Below the pieces are notes generated by a model. The model saw nothing but the letters and a program-made list of their open reading frames with translations. It was not told the DNA's origin and did not search any database. 64,000 bases of DNA, taken from positions 160,855-224,854 of the forward strand of contig CAVPVR010000003.1 of the NCBI GenBank assembly GCA_963709285.1, given 5' to 3'. The stretch's first letter is position 1. The number at the start of each line of letters is the position of its first letter. The position numbers and the translations under genes are program-made. Positions 16,630 through 25,901 of the stretch are shown piece after piece. The DNA comes from an uncultured delta proteobacterium. GTDB taxonomy: Bacteria > Desulfobacterota > Desulfobaccia > Desulfobaccales > 0-14-0-80-60-11.

Positions 16630-17337
16630 CTACGAATTGTCTTTTTCCTCTTCCTTTGGCTCTTCTTCCGATTCCTTTGGCTCTTTTTCCGAAGTAGGCG
16701 GGCTCGGGGAGGCCTCTGCACGTTCGCCGGCTTCCTCGCCGCTGCCTTCAGCCGCTGCCACCGGGGCTTCCACGCTGCTGCTCTCAGCTTCTGCCGCCGG
16801 AGCTTCCTCCCCTCCCTTTTGGTCCCGCAGAGCCACTAACACATTCAGGAAGTTGCGGATCACCCCGCTCAGCACCGTCACCAGGGCCTGGGGCGTTGCC
16901 TGCAGGAGACCAAGGAGCTGGGCCAGCAGCACTTCCCGGGCCGGCAGTTTGGAGAGGGCTTCCACCTCCTGGGTTGTGAGCGTCTGCCCGCCGATGACCC
17001 CACCCTTGATCTTGAGAAAAGGCTTATCTCGAGCAAATTTGACCAGGAACCTGGCCAGAGCCACGGGATCCTCATAGCCCAGGACCAGGGCATTGGGCCC
17101 CGTCAGGTTCCCGCTGAGGGGTTCAATGAGGCTGCCTTCCCCCGCCGCCCTTTTCAGCAGAGTATTCTTAGTAACCCTGAGTTCGCCCCCGGCCTCCTTC
17201 ACCTGGCGGCGCAACTGGGTCATGGAGTCAACCTTGAGGCCGGTGAAATCCGCCAGGATGCCGATCTGGGCTTTGCCCACCCGCTCTTGAATGTCCTGGA
17301 CAATTTTTGCCTTTTTCTCTATTTGGGGCTTGAGCAC
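16630..17337 (-). CDS. rplJ: 50S ribosomal protein L10 with about 60-aa acidic low-complexity C-terminal extension
   Basis: The ORF has a GTG start and encodes 235 aa. The L10 core runs through …LLGLLQATPQALVTVLSGVIRNFLNVLVALRDQK. It is followed by GGEEAPAAEAESSSVEAPVAAAEGSGEEAGERAEASPSPPTSEKEPKESEEEPKEEEKDNS. Confidence 0.9.
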   Translation of the reverse strand: MLKPQIEKKAKIVQDIQERVGKAQIGILADFTGLKVDSMTQLRRQVKEAGGELRVTKNTLLKRAAGEGSLIEPLSGNLTGPNALVLGYEDPVALARFLVKFARDKPFLKIKGGVIGGQTLTTQEVEALSKLPAREVLLAQLLGLLQATPQALVTVLSGVIRNFLNVLVALRDQKGGEEAPAAEAESSSVEAPVAAAEGSGEEAGERAEASPSPPTSEKEPKESEEEPKEEEKDNS

Positions 17338-17350
17338 GCCTTAACTCCTT

Positions 17351-17494
17351 GCTGTAAGCTTTAAGCTTTAAGCTTTAAGCTTTTTAATAAAAATGATTAG
17401 AGGGTCAGGCTTTATGGGGCATCGCCTTTTCCCGTAGTTTTTCCTGTCTTTTGTTTTACGCTTATGGCTTAAAGCTTACAGCTTATAGCTCCCC
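17351..17494 (-). repeat. Heptamer-repeat hairpin element, ORF-less (arms 17351-17385 and 17461-17494, 75-nt loop)
   Basis: It shares a 29-nt block (17357-17385 = 938-966) and a 24-nt block (17467-17490 = 1337-1360) with the element at 908-1374. It fills the rplA-rplJ spacer, from the rplA stop (17494-17496) to just upstream of AAGGAG (17350-17345, minus strand). Confidence 0.8.
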
Positions 17495-18207
17495 TAAGAC
17501 AACATGCGCACCAGGGTCTTGACGTCAGAGGTGTCCACCGCGATGCCGGGACCCATAGTGGTGGACAGGTGAATACCTTTGAGGTAGGTGCCCTTGCTGG
17601 TGGTAGGTTTGAGGCGCACCAGCTGGTCCATAAACGCGGCCAGGTTGATAAGCAGCTTGTCCATACCGAAAGACACTTTACCCAGGGGAGCGTGCACCAC
17701 CCCGGCTCGGTCCACCCGGAAATCCACCTTGCCGCCCTTGAGTTCTGTGACCGCCTTTCCCACGTCAAAGGTGACGGTACCCACCTTGACGTTGGGCATC
17801 AGGCCCCGGGGGCCCAGGATTTTGCCGATCCTGCCTACCTGGCCCATGAGGTCCGGGGTAGCCACTGCTTTGTCGAACTCGAGCCAGCCTCCCTGGATTT
17901 GCTGAATCAGGTCTTCGGCTCCCACGATGTCGGCGCCGGCATCCCTGGCTTCCTGTTCTTTCTCGCCCTTGGCGAAAACCAGGACACGCACAGTCTTTCC
18001 CAGCCCATGGGGCAGGACCACTGCACCCCGGACCATCTGGTCGGCGTGGCGAGGATTGACCCCCAATTGGACCGCCGCCTCCAGGGTTTCGTCAAATTTG
18101 ACGCTGGCGGTCTCCAGAGCCAGGTTCACCGCGGCCTGAAAGGTGTAGCGCTGCCCCTTTTCAATCTTCTCCGACATCTGCCGGTATCTTTTCCCCTGCT
18201 TGGCCAT
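17494..18207 (-). CDS. rplA: 50S ribosomal protein L1
   Basis: [23 protein letters not shown]…[13 protein letters not shown]… starts at the ATG at 18205-18207. The track ORF begins 4 codons earlier at a TTG. Confidence 0.95.
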   Translation of the reverse strand: MAKQGKRYRQMSEKIEKGQRYTFQAAVNLALETASVKFDETLEAAVQLGVNPRHADQMVRGAVVLPHGLGKTVRVLVFAKGEKEQEARDAGADIVGAEDLIQQIQGGWLEFDKAVATPDLMGQVGRIGKILGPRGLMPNVKVGTVTFDVGKAVTELKGGKVDFRVDRAGVVHAPLGKVSFGMDKLLINLAAFMDQLVRLKPTTSKGTYLKGIHLSTTMGPGIAVDTSDVKTLVRMLS

Positions 18208-18215
18208 GTTCTCCC

Positions 18216-18641
18216 TCAATCCACGATCTCGATGCCCATGCTGCGGGCCGTGCCAGCGATGCTGCGCATGGCCATATCCAGGTCGGTGGTATTCAAGTCA
18301 GGCATTTTCTGCTTGGCGATCTCCGCGAGTTGATCCTGGGAAATGCTCCCCACCTTCTCCCGTCTGGGCTCCTTGGCGCCACTGGTCACCTGGGCCGCCT
18401 GCTTCAGGAGCACCGAGGCCGGTGGCGTCTTGGTGACAAAGGTAAATGACCTGTCAGCGTACACCGTGATCAGCACCGGGATGATAGTGCCTTCCTGGGC
18501 CGCGGTGCGAGCATTGTAGCTCTTGCAAAACTCCATGATGTTGACCCCATGCTGGCCCAGGGCCGGACCCACCGGGGGCGACGGGTTGGCCTGCCCCGCC
18601 GGTAGTTGCAATTTGATTTGCGCGATTACCTTCTTGGCCAT
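18216..18641 (-). CDS. rplK: 50S ribosomal protein L11
   Basis: A 141-aa ORF reading [43 protein letters not shown]…. Confidence 0.96.
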   Translation of the reverse strand: MAKKVIAQIKLQLPAGQANPSPPVGPALGQHGVNIMEFCKSYNARTAAQEGTIIPVLITVYADRSFTFVTKTPPASVLLKQAAQVTSGAKEPRREKVGSISQDQLAEIAKQKMPDLNTTDLDMAMRSIAGTARSMGIEIVD

Positions 18642-18660
18642 GTATCGACTCCTGGATTTA

Positions 18661-18765
18661 GGCTTTGAGCTGTGAGTTTTGAGCTTTGAGCTTTGAGCTT
18701 TGAGCTTTTTAAAGAAATTGATGCCAAGTCATAGCTCACAGCTCATTGCTCATAGCTCATCGCTA
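18661..18765 (-). repeat. Heptamer-repeat hairpin element (arms 18661-18710 and 18730-18765, 19-nt loop)
   Basis: About 6 tandem TGAGCTT/TGAGCTG units oppose 5 tandem AGCTCAC/AGCTCAT units. The nusG stop (18763-18765) lies inside the right arm. The left arm ends 19 nt before the rplK ATG, upstream of its AGGAG. Confidence 0.8.
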
Positions 18766-19293
18766 TATTTTCTCCAACTGGGTAAATTCCAGCTCCACCG
18801 GCGTGGGGCGCCCAAAGACGCTGATCATTACTTTGACTTTGCCTTTGTCGGCCCGCACTTCGTCCACGGTGCCGGTGAAGTTGGTAAAGGGTCCATCGGT
18901 GACCTGCACCTTGTCCCCCAGTTCAAACTGGATCTTGGGCTTGGGCTTGGCAATGCCTTCCTGCATCTGGTTGATGATTCTTTCGGCTTCCTCGTCGGGT
19001 ATGGCCACGGGCTCAGTTTTGCTGCCCACAAAGCCAGTTACTTTGGGAGTATCCTTGACCAGGTGCCAGGAATCGTCCGTCAGTTCCATACGCACGAGCA
19101 CATACCCCGGATAGAATTTCCGGGCGGAGAGGCGGCGCTCTCCCTTGACCATCTCCTCCACCATTTCCGTGGGCACCAGCACCTCGGCGATGAGGTGCTC
19201 CAGCCCCTGGGCTTTGCCCCGCTCCAGGATGGCGTTTTTCACCTTCTGCTCAAAGCCGGAGTAAGTATGAATGATGTACCATTTCTGGGACAC
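18763..19293 (-). CDS. nusG: Transcription termination/antitermination factor NusG
   Basis: A 176-aa ORF reading KWYIIHTYSGFEQKVK…, with a KOW motif GDKVQVTDGPFTNFTGTVDEV. Confidence 0.95.
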   Translation of the reverse strand: MSQKWYIIHTYSGFEQKVKNAILERGKAQGLEHLIAEVLVPTEMVEEMVKGERRLSARKFYPGYVLVRMELTDDSWHLVKDTPKVTGFVGSKTEPVAIPDEEAERIINQMQEGIAKPKPKIQFELGDKVQVTDGPFTNFTGTVDEVRADKGKVKVMISVFGRPTPVELEFTQLEKI

Positions 19294-19306
19294 AGCGCCC
19301 TCGCCC

Positions 19307-19630
19307 TTATCGCCTAATAACCTTTTTCACCAGCGCCGACAGGCCCATGTCCACCAGCCCGAGGAAGGAGGAGATGATGATTACCAGGAAAATAACCACC
19401 ACCGTAGTGCCCAGGGTTTCTTTACGTCCCGGCCAGGTGGTTTTTTTCAGTTCCTGCCAAGCCTCAGCCACGAACTGGGTAGCTTGTCTCCACCACAGGG
19501 TCACCGATGGTAACTTGGCGGTCCAGGAGGTTTTTGGCTTGGCGGACTTCAGTTTGACCACCTGTCCCCGGCCGGTGTTGGCCCCCGTTTCTTTCCCCTG
19601 GCCCTTAGACTTGACTTTTTGCTTTTTCAT
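19307..19630 (-). CDS. secE: Preprotein translocase subunit SecE (with basic N-terminal extension)
   Basis: The 107-aa ORF has a C-terminal …FVAEAWQELKKTTWPGRKETLGTTVVVIFLVIIISSFLGLVD, matching the SecE TM segment and preceding motif. It lies directly upstream of nusG. Confidence 0.85.
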   Translation of the reverse strand: MKKQKVKSKGQGKETGANTGRGQVVKLKSAKPKTSWTAKLPSVTLWWRQATQFVAEAWQELKKTTWPGRKETLGTTVVVIFLVIIISSFLGLVDMGLSALVKKVIRR

Positions 19631-19828
19631 CGGTTCCGTTTCCGGCGTTCCCCTGCGTCGGACCCCGCCCGGCTGAGTATCTTAAGCCAAAAAAGGCCGC
19701 AAACAGCCCTTCTCCCTGGCTGCTCCGGAATGCCAACATCATGGAATTCCAAGGAAATTATGTGGCTGCTCGGCAGGCAACGTTGATGCGAAGAGGCCTC
19801 CTGCTGGCACCATCTCTGGTGCTTTACC

Positions 19829-19905
19829 TGGCAGGCCAGGAGGGATTCGAACCCCCATCCCCCGGTTTTGGAGACCGGTGCTCTAGCCGTTCGAGCTACT
19901 GGCCT
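19829..19905 (-). tRNA. tRNA-Trp (anticodon CCA), CCA end encoded
   Basis: The minus strand reads AGGCCAGTAGCTCGAACGGCTAGAGCACCGGTCTCCAAAACCGGGGGATGGGGGTTCGAATCCCTCCTGGCCTGCCA. The acceptor stem is AGGCCAG/CTGGCCT, the anticodon loop is CT-CCA-AA, and a GGTTCGAATCC T-arm is present. Confidence 0.95.
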
Positions 19906-19911
19906 AAATCT

Positions 19912-20061
19912 CTATTTTGTCTCGCGGTGCGGGGTATGGCTCCGGCAGTGTGGGCAGTATTTTTTGAGTGTGAGCCTGTCGGGCGTCCGCCGCTTGTTCT
20001 TGGTCGTGGTATAATTGCGGCGTTTACAGGTGCCGCAGGACAGCGTGATTATATCCCTCAT
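19912..20061 (-). CDS. rpmG: 50S ribosomal protein L33
   Basis: Hand translation gives [49 protein letters not shown] followed by a stop, 49 aa. It has the two CxxC pairs typical of zinc-binding L33. It is below the ORF-track cutoff and sits between tuf and tRNA-Trp. Confidence 0.9.
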   Translation of the reverse strand: MRDIITLSCGTCKRRNYTTTKNKRRTPDRLTLKKYCPHCRSHTPHRETK

Positions 20062-20085
20062 GGCCTAACCGTTTGCCTTTATAAG

Positions 20086-21279
20086 TTACTCGATAATATC
20101 GCTGACCACACCAGCGCCCACGGTGCGGCCACCTTCCCGGATGGCGAAGCGCAGCTCTTTTTCGATGGCCACCGGGGTGATGAGGTGCACCTCCATGGAA
20201 ACATTGTCCCCCGGCATCACCATCTCCACCCCGTCGGGCAGCTTCACCACACCGGTGACGTCCGTGGTCCTCAGGTAAAACTGCGGCCGGTAGCCCGTGA
20301 AAAACGGCGTGTGCCGACCCCCCTCTTCCTTGGTCAAAATGTAGACCTCGGCCTGAAACTTGGTGTGGGGCGTGATCGACCCGGGCTTGGCCACCACCTG
20401 GCCCCGCTCCACCTCGTCCTTCTTGATGCCCCGCAGCAACAGACCCACGTTGTCCCCCGCCAGACCCGTGTCCAGGGTCTTGCGAAACATCTCCACCCCG
20501 GTGCACACCGTCTTCTGGGTGGGGGCAAAGCCCACAATCTCCACTTCATCGCCGATCTTGACGACCCCCCGCTCGGCCCGGCCCGTCACCACCGTGCCCC
20601 GGCCCGAGATGGAAAAAACGTCCTCAATGGGCATGATAAAGGGCTTGTCCGTGGCCCGGAGCGGCTCCGGAATGTAGGTGTCCAGGGCCTCCATGAGCTC
20701 AAACACCGGCGCCGCCTCTGGGCTCTGGAAATCGTCCGTCTCCAACGCCTTGAGGGCACTCCCCTTGATGATGGGGATATCGTCCCCCGGAAAATCGTAC
20801 TTGCTCAAGAGCTCCCTGAGCTCCAGCTCCACCAGCTCGATGAGCTCCGGGTCATCCACCATGTCCACCTTGTTCAAAAACACCACAATGTAGGGCACCC
20901 CCACCTGCCGGGCCAGCAAAATGTGCTCCCGGGTCTGAGGCATGGGACCGTCGTCCGCCCCCACTACCAGGATGGCCCCGTCCATCTGGGCCGCCCCGGT
21001 GATCATGTTCTTGATGTAGTCGGCGTGCCCCGGACAGTCCACGTGGGCGTAATGCCGATTGTCGGTCTCGTACTCCACGTGGGCCAAGGCAATGGTGATG
21101 CCCCGTTCTTTTTCCTCCGGGGCCTTGTCAATCTCGTCGAAGGGGATGTAACTGGCCATGCCCTTCTTGGCCAAATGCTTGGTGATGGCCGCGGTCAGGG
21201 TCGTCTTGCCGTGGTCTATGTGACCAATCGTCCCTACATTCACGTGCGGCTTCGTGCGCTCAAACTTCTTCTTGGCCAT
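20086..21279 (-). CDS. tuf: Elongation factor Tu, copy 2 (intact)
   Basis: An intact 397-aa ORF reading [31 protein letters not shown]…DCPGHADY…NKVD…. Confidence 0.98.
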   Translation of the reverse strand: MAKKKFERTKPHVNVGTIGHIDHGKTTLTAAITKHLAKKGMASYIPFDEIDKAPEEKERGITIALAHVEYETDNRHYAHVDCPGHADYIKNMITGAAQMDGAILVVGADDGPMPQTREHILLARQVGVPYIVVFLNKVDMVDDPELIELVELELRELLSKYDFPGDDIPIIKGSALKALETDDFQSPEAAPVFELMEALDTYIPEPLRATDKPFIMPIEDVFSISGRGTVVTGRAERGVVKIGDEVEIVGFAPTQKTVCTGVEMFRKTLDTGLAGDNVGLLLRGIKKDEVERGQVVAKPGSITPHTKFQAEVYILTKEEGGRHTPFFTGYRPQFYLRTTDVTGVVKLPDGVEMVMPGDNVSMEVHLITPVAIEKELRFAIREGGRTVGAGVVSDIIE

Positions 21280-21348
21280 GTTTTTTCTCCGGAACGGATT
21301 TTTCCCGGAATAATCCTCCGGGGGGCCTCACCATCGTGACCCTAAATA

Positions 21349-21425
21349 TGGAGCCCACGACCGGGATCGAACCGGTGAACCTCTTCCTTACCAAGGAAGT
21401 GCTCTACCTACTGAGCTACGTGGGC
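21349..21425 (-). tRNA. tRNA-Thr (anticodon GGT), CCA encoded
   Basis: The minus strand reads GCCCACGTAGCTCAGTAGGTAGAGCACTTCCTTGGTAAGGAAGAGGTTCACCGGTTCGATCCCGGTCGTGGGCTCCA. The acceptor stem is GCCCACG/CGTGGGC and the anticodon loop is TT-GGT-AA. Confidence 0.93.
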
Positions 21426-21427
21426 CC

Positions 21428-21504
21428 TGGAGCGGGAAACGGGACTCGAACCCGCAACCCTCAGCTTGGAAGGCTGATGCTCTGGCCAATTGAGCTATTC
21501 CCGC
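21428..21504 (-). tRNA. tRNA-Gly (anticodon TCC), CCA encoded
   Basis: The minus strand reads GCGGGAATAGCTCAATTGGCCAGAGCATCAGCCTTCCAAGCTGAGGGTTGCGGGTTCGAGTCCCGTTTCCCGCTCCA. The acceptor stem is GCGGGAA/TTCCCGC and the anticodon loop is CT-TCC-AA. Confidence 0.93.
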
Positions 21505-21518
21505 CCACTCAAAACAGG

Positions 21519-21603
21519 TGGTGGAGAGGGGAGGATTCGAACCTCCGAAGGCGGAGCCAACGGGTTTACAGCCCGTCCCCTTTGGCCACTCGGGAACCTC
21601 TCC
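21519..21603 (-). tRNA. tRNA-Tyr (anticodon GTA), long variable arm, CCA encoded
   Basis: The minus strand reads GGAGAGGTTCCCGAGTGGCCAAAGGGGACGGGCTGTAAACCCGTTGGCTCCGCCTTCGGAGGTTCGAATCCTCCCCTCTCCACCA. The anticodon loop is CT-GTA-AA. Confidence 0.92.
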
Positions 21604-21631
21604 CATCGGAACAGCTCAAATTTCTCGCAAC

Positions 21632-21706
21632 TGGAGCTGGCGATGGGACTCGAACCCGCAACCTGCTGATTACAAATCAGCCGCTCTACCATTGAGCTAC
21701 GCCAGC
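21632..21706 (-). tRNA. tRNA-Thr (anticodon TGT), CCA encoded
   Basis: The minus strand reads GCTGGCGTAGCTCAATGGTAGAGCGGCTGATTTGTAATCAGCAGGTTGCGGGTTCGAGTCCCATCGCCAGCTCCA. The acceptor stem is GCTGGCG/CGCCAGC and the anticodon loop is TT-TGT-AA. Confidence 0.93.
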
Positions 21707-21835
21707 CTGGCGGTCAACCTGTCGCCAAGCCGAAGGTGACCAAATATTAACTTTAAAAAAATATTTCATTTATAATGGTTTGTCAAGGGGTTTTCAGAAA
21801 TATTCCCTGAGGGGATTTCCCCCGTGTCTCTCCAT

Positions 21836-21864
21836 TTGACAGACCCGGGGTTCGGTGTCATATT
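21836..21864 (+). promoter_or_regulatory. Candidate sigma70-type promoter for selA
   Basis: TTGACA (21836-21841), then 17 nt, then CATATT (21859-21864). AAGGAG follows at 21871-21876 and the ATG at 21886. Confidence 0.4.
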
Positions 21865-21885
21865 CACCTCAAGGAGAAGGTGTTC

Positions 21886-23322
21886 ATGGACCTCGAGCGT
21901 GCCCGCCTGCTCAGGCAAATCCCCTCGGTGGACGAGTTCATTCGCGCCCCTGGCCTCACGCCTTATCTGGCCCCGCTGTCCCGGCCCCAGGCGGTGGAGG
22001 TGATTCGCCGGCTGCTGGCGGCCTTCCGGGAACGCCTCCTGGCCGTTCCCCTGGCTGATCTGCCCCCGGAGCTCGACCTGGCCGCCCTCGAGACTGAGGC
22101 GGCCCAGGCCCTCAGCAATGCCAGCCGCCTTTCCCTGACCCGGGTGATCAACGCCTCCGGCGTGGTTATTCACACCAACCTGGGGCGCTCTCCCCTGGGG
22201 GCCGCGGCCCAGCAGCAAATCCTCACCGCCGCCGCCTGTTATACCAATCTCGAATATGACTTGACCGAGGGGAAACGGGGTTCCCGCCAAGTCCACCTGG
22301 AACGACTGGTCACGGAGCTCACCGGCGCCGAGGCCGCTCTGGTGGTGAACAACAACGCCGCTGGCGTCTTCCTGGCCCTCAGCGCTTTGGCCTTGGGCCG
22401 GGAAGTGGTCATCTCCCGGGGTCAGCTGGTGGAAATCGGGGGGTCTTTTCGCATGCCGGAGATTATGGCGGCCAGTGGGGCCATCCTCCGGGAGGTGGGA
22501 ACCACCAACAAAACCTATCTGGCTGACTATGAAACGGCCATCACCTCCCAGACCGCCATGCTCCTCAAGGTTCACCCCAGCAACTTCAGGCTCCTGGGCT
22601 TCACCCAGGAGGTGCCCCTGGCTGATCTGGTGGCCTTGGGCCGCCGCTATGGCCTTGTCGTCATGGAGGACCTGGGGAGCGGCTGCCTGGTGGACCTGAG
22701 CCGCTACGGCCTGGAGAAAGAACCCACCGTCCAGGAGGCGGTGGCCAGCGGCGCTGATCTGGTCTTGTTTAGCGGCGACAAGCTCCTGGGGGGGCCCCAG
22801 GCCGGGCTCATCCTGGGAAACGCCGAAGTGGTGCACCGTCTGAAACAGCACCCTCTCACCCGGGCCCTGCGACCCGACAAACTCACCCTGGCGGGTCTTG
22901 AAGCCACACTTCATCTTTACCTAAACGAGCCGGAGGCCGTGATCGGCATCCCCACGCTGCGTATGCTCACCACCCCGGTTACCGAAGTGAACCGAGTGGC
23001 CCAACGCCTGGCTCGGGCCATCAAACGGCGCTGGCCGGGCCGTTATCGCGTTGCCGTCCAGGACCATGTGAGCCGTTCTGGAGGCGGAGCCCTACCCATG
23101 GTGCCCATTCCCAGCCGGGCTTTGGCTCTGGAACTGCCCCCCCTGGCCCCCCACCAACTCGAGGAACGCCTCAGGGCCGCCAGCCCACCGATCATCGCCC
23201 GCCTGGAACACGACCGACTGCTCCTAGACGTGCGAACCCTCCTGCCAGAGGATTATCCTCTTCTTCTCAACGTCTTAGGAAACTTGGCCGACTCAGCCGA
23301 TCTCCCGGCAGAGCCGGGTTGA
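21886..23322 (+). CDS. selA: L-seryl-tRNA(Sec) selenium transferase
   Basis: The N-terminus DLERARLLRQIPSVDEFI… and the PLP-lysine region FSGDKLLGGPQAGLILG are as in SelA. The track ORF starts 2 codons earlier at a GTG. The long antisense ORF 21766..22914 is spurious. Confidence 0.9.
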   Translation: MDLERARLLRQIPSVDEFIRAPGLTPYLAPLSRPQAVEVIRRLLAAFRERLLAVPLADLPPELDLAALETEAAQALSNASRLSLTRVINASGVVIHTNLGRSPLGAAAQQQILTAAACYTNLEYDLTEGKRGSRQVHLERLVTELTGAEAALVVNNNAAGVFLALSALALGREVVISRGQLVEIGGSFRMPEIMAASGAILREVGTTNKTYLADYETAITSQTAMLLKVHPSNFRLLGFTQEVPLADLVALGRRYGLVVMEDLGSGCLVDLSRYGLEKEPTVQEAVASGADLVLFSGDKLLGGPQAGLILGNAEVVHRLKQHPLTRALRPDKLTLAGLEATLHLYLNEPEAVIGIPTLRMLTTPVTEVNRVAQRLARAIKRRWPGRYRVAVQDHVSRSGGGALPMVPIPSRALALELPPLAPHQLEERLRAASPPIIARLEHDRLLLDVRTLLPEDYPLLLNVLGNLADSADLPAEPG

Positions 23323-23342
23323 GAGATCTAGCCAGCCTGAAA

Positions 23343-24077
23343 TCAATCCTTCAGTCGAATATTGATGTAGAGATTACCCCGCCGTTGGTCTGAGTTTTTC
23401 CCGCCCCCCTTAACTTTAATGCAAGAGCCTTCTTTCACCCCGGGGGGAATGGCGAGATTGAGACGCCGCCGCTTATTCTTGCTTCTCAGGAGAAAATGGA
23501 CCTTGACGCCCTGGGCCGCCAGCCGCCGAGGCAGTCGCAGATCCATGATTAAGTCGGGCTGGTTCGGGGTGGAAACCATCTCCCACTCTAGGTCTTTGGA
23601 GGAAGTGCCGATGAGCCAGTTTATTATCCGGTGCTGCAGGTCTTTGAGGGAGAGCAGCCAGTGGGAAAGGCCGCCCGAACTGCCGTGAACTTCTTTTGGG
23701 TGGAAACGTGCCGGGGCGCTGCGCCCTCCCCGCCTTCGGGAGCGGTTTCTGGCCCGAGAAGTCGGGCGCCGTAACCGTCGGGACGTGGAACCCCTGGAGG
23801 TAACGTCCACCTCCTGGCTGGATTGAGGGCGAATGTGGAAACGTACTTCTCCGGATGGCATCTCCTGAGACCGGAGCCAATCATAAGCGGCGCGGCGGGC
23901 CGGGTCCATGAGGACGCGGTAAGCTTTGCCCAGCCGGAGAAACTGATCTACCGCCCAGGGATCGCCGGGATTCCTATCGGGATGCCACTTGAGGGCTAAC
24001 AGACGATAGGCTTTTTTGATGTCCCCGGCATCAGCCTTGGGGGGGACTCCGAGGATGTCATAATAATCCAAGGCCAT
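23343..24077 (-). CDS. J-domain protein (DnaJ/CbpA-like with degenerate middle region)
   Basis: The N-terminus reads DYYDILGVPPKADAGDIKKAYRLLALKWHPDRNPGD, with an HPD motif. The middle is R/S-rich. The C-terminal …LNLAIPPGVKEGSCIKVKGGGK…RGNLYINIRL resembles one DnaJ C-terminal beta-domain. Confidence 0.8.
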   Translation of the reverse strand: MALDYYDILGVPPKADAGDIKKAYRLLALKWHPDRNPGDPWAVDQFLRLGKAYRVLMDPARRAAYDWLRSQEMPSGEVRFHIRPQSSQEVDVTSRGSTSRRLRRPTSRARNRSRRRGGRSAPARFHPKEVHGSSGGLSHWLLSLKDLQHRIINWLIGTSSKDLEWEMVSTPNQPDLIMDLRLPRRLAAQGVKVHFLLRSKNKRRRLNLAIPPGVKEGSCIKVKGGGKNSDQRRGNLYINIRLKD

Positions 24078-24191
24078 GGCCGTGCCGGAGAGCTAAGTCA
24101 GCGCAAACTACTTCCTTTTCTGGCATGAAAGCCCTCGTCCCCGCCAAAGGGTTCAAGGCCAGAACAGGAAAAGGGGCGTGACTCGAACCTT

Positions 24192-24464
24192 CTATTTCAC
24201 CAATTCTTTGAGCTGCTTTCCCGGTTTGAACTTGACAACTTTAGTGGCCGGAATCTTGATGGGCTTGCCCGTCTGGGGGTTCCGACCTTCCCTGGCTTTC
24301 CGGGAGGCCACTACGAAGGTCCCGAAGCCTGCTAAGGCCAGACGGCCCTTGGTTTTGAGAGTGCCCGAAACAGCCTTGATCAAGGAGTTTATGGCCTTCT
24401 CGGCATCAGCCTTCTTTACTTGAGCGTCGTTAGCCACTTGGGCAATCAATTCTGCTTTGGTCAT
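24192..24464 (-). CDS. HU family DNA-binding protein
   Basis: MTKAELIAQVANDAQV…GFGTFVVASRKAREGRNPQTGKPIKIPATKVVKFKPGKQLKELV gives 90 aa. The ATG lies at 24462-24464 after a GGAGAGGGGAG-type SD. Confidence 0.92.
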   Translation of the reverse strand: MTKAELIAQVANDAQVKKADAEKAINSLIKAVSGTLKTKGRLALAGFGTFVVASRKAREGRNPQTGKPIKIPATKVVKFKPGKQLKELVK

Positions 24465-24720
24465 AATTTCTCCCCTCTCCTCAGGTGAGCTTGGCAAGAT
24501 TAGACCCCGAAAACTTCATCACTGCCACTTTAGCAATAAATAGGCGCACTAGTTTGACGACATCCCTCCTTTCTTCACAATTGTAACAAAATCAACGAGT
24601 TGTTCAGTTAAAAACCCCCAAAAGCCGATGGTTTCTCATTGATAGCACAAAAAGCCACGGCCTGACAACAAAAATCTCTTTGTTTTAGGGCTTTTTTTGC
24701 TCTTAAAATTTTTTTCCTAA

Positions 24721-25821
24721 TTACCGGGTCGCTCTTCGCAGGATAAGGACCGCCGCCGTGGCGAAGAAAAAATGGGGCAGCCAGGCAGCCCAAATGATGG
24801 GCCAGCGCCCGGCCTGTCCCAGAGAGGTGCTGAACCCCAGGAACAGCCAATAGCTGAACATTACTCCCAGACCTACCGCCACCAGGCCGGGGATGAAGAT
24901 CTTTTCGCGCCTAAGGGAGAGGCCCAGCCCAAGGATGGCCAGAACAAGGGGTACCAGCGCCATGGAGAACCTATTCTGGACCTCCAGCCAGTAAGACGTG
25001 GACTTGTAGCCGTCCCGCTCCAAGCGGTTCACAAACCGCAGGAGTTCCCCCACATCCATTTCGGCAATCTTTCTTTCCAGGCCCCCGAAATCCTTGGGGG
25101 TTTCAGTCAGCGCCAGATCCATTTCCTGAAAGCTCTCCAATTGATCTTCTGCCATTGAGTCAAAGGTCTGGACGATGCCCTGATAGAGGCGCCAATGGCC
25201 CTCTTGCCAGACAGCCCGCCGGGCGGCCACCACCTGGATCAACCTGAATTGCTCGTCGAAGCGATAGATTTTTACCCCTTCCAGAGTTTGCAGATCTTTC
25301 CGGTATAAGAGGATGTTATAAATGGCCCGGTCCCCCTTGTACCAAAAGTGTTCCGGGTTAATGAGGCTGCGGGGGGGCTTCTTTTGAACCTGGGTTTCCC
25401 AAAACAGGTTGAGGGTGGCCTGGCTCCAGGGGATCAGATACAGGTGCAAGGCCAGAAGAAACGTCGCCGCCAGGAGCGCCAGGAGAAGTACCGGCCGGGT
25501 AAGTTGGAGGATGTCCAGGCCACTGGTTCTGATGGCCATGGTCTCCCGAGTGCGGGTCAAAAGGCCAAACGTCAGTATGGCCCCCAGGAGTACCGCGGGC
25601 GACAACACCTGCTCCAGGGCTATGGGAGCCTTGAGCAGGATGTAGCGCCCCATCTCGGCCAACCCCAGGTTCGCCCTCACCAGCTGGTCGATCTTTTCAA
25701 AAAAGTCCACCACCAGATAGAGGGTGAGGAAAGCGGTGAGGCTCAAGAAGAAGATCTTGAGAAACTCCCGGGCCACCAGGTTTTCCAGGAGGCGTGGCCG
25801 GAGCCTGGGAACAGCTTCCAT
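24721..25821 (-). CDS. LptF/LptG family LPS export permease
   Basis: A 366-aa multi-TM ORF. The N-terminus LENLVAREFLKIFFLSLTAFLTLYLVVDFFEKIDQLV and the periplasmic middle domain are typical of the YjgP/YjgQ family. I cannot tell F from G. Confidence 0.8.
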   Translation of the reverse strand: MEAVPRLRPRLLENLVAREFLKIFFLSLTAFLTLYLVVDFFEKIDQLVRANLGLAEMGRYILLKAPIALEQVLSPAVLLGAILTFGLLTRTRETMAIRTSGLDILQLTRPVLLLALLAATFLLALHLYLIPWSQATLNLFWETQVQKKPPRSLINPEHFWYKGDRAIYNILLYRKDLQTLEGVKIYRFDEQFRLIQVVAARRAVWQEGHWRLYQGIVQTFDSMAEDQLESFQEMDLALTETPKDFGGLERKIAEMDVGELLRFVNRLERDGYKSTSYWLEVQNRFSMALVPLVLAILGLGLSLRREKIFIPGLVAVGLGVMFSYWLFLGFSTSLGQAGRWPIIWAAWLPHFFFATAAVLILRRATR

Positions 25822-25901
25822 GTTCCTGGCTTATACCAGAAAATTGCTGGATTGTTAAGGAGCTTACCCGTTATTGAGGTACGGTGGTGGAGGGATTCAC
25901 C

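Noticed and set aside
21349-21880. The tRNA cluster as an integration hotspot with an adjacent prophage or island.
   Set aside because: The cluster is the conserved thrU-tyrU-glyT-thrT-tufB-type arrangement. The next gene is selA at normal GC, with no integrase or att-like repeats.
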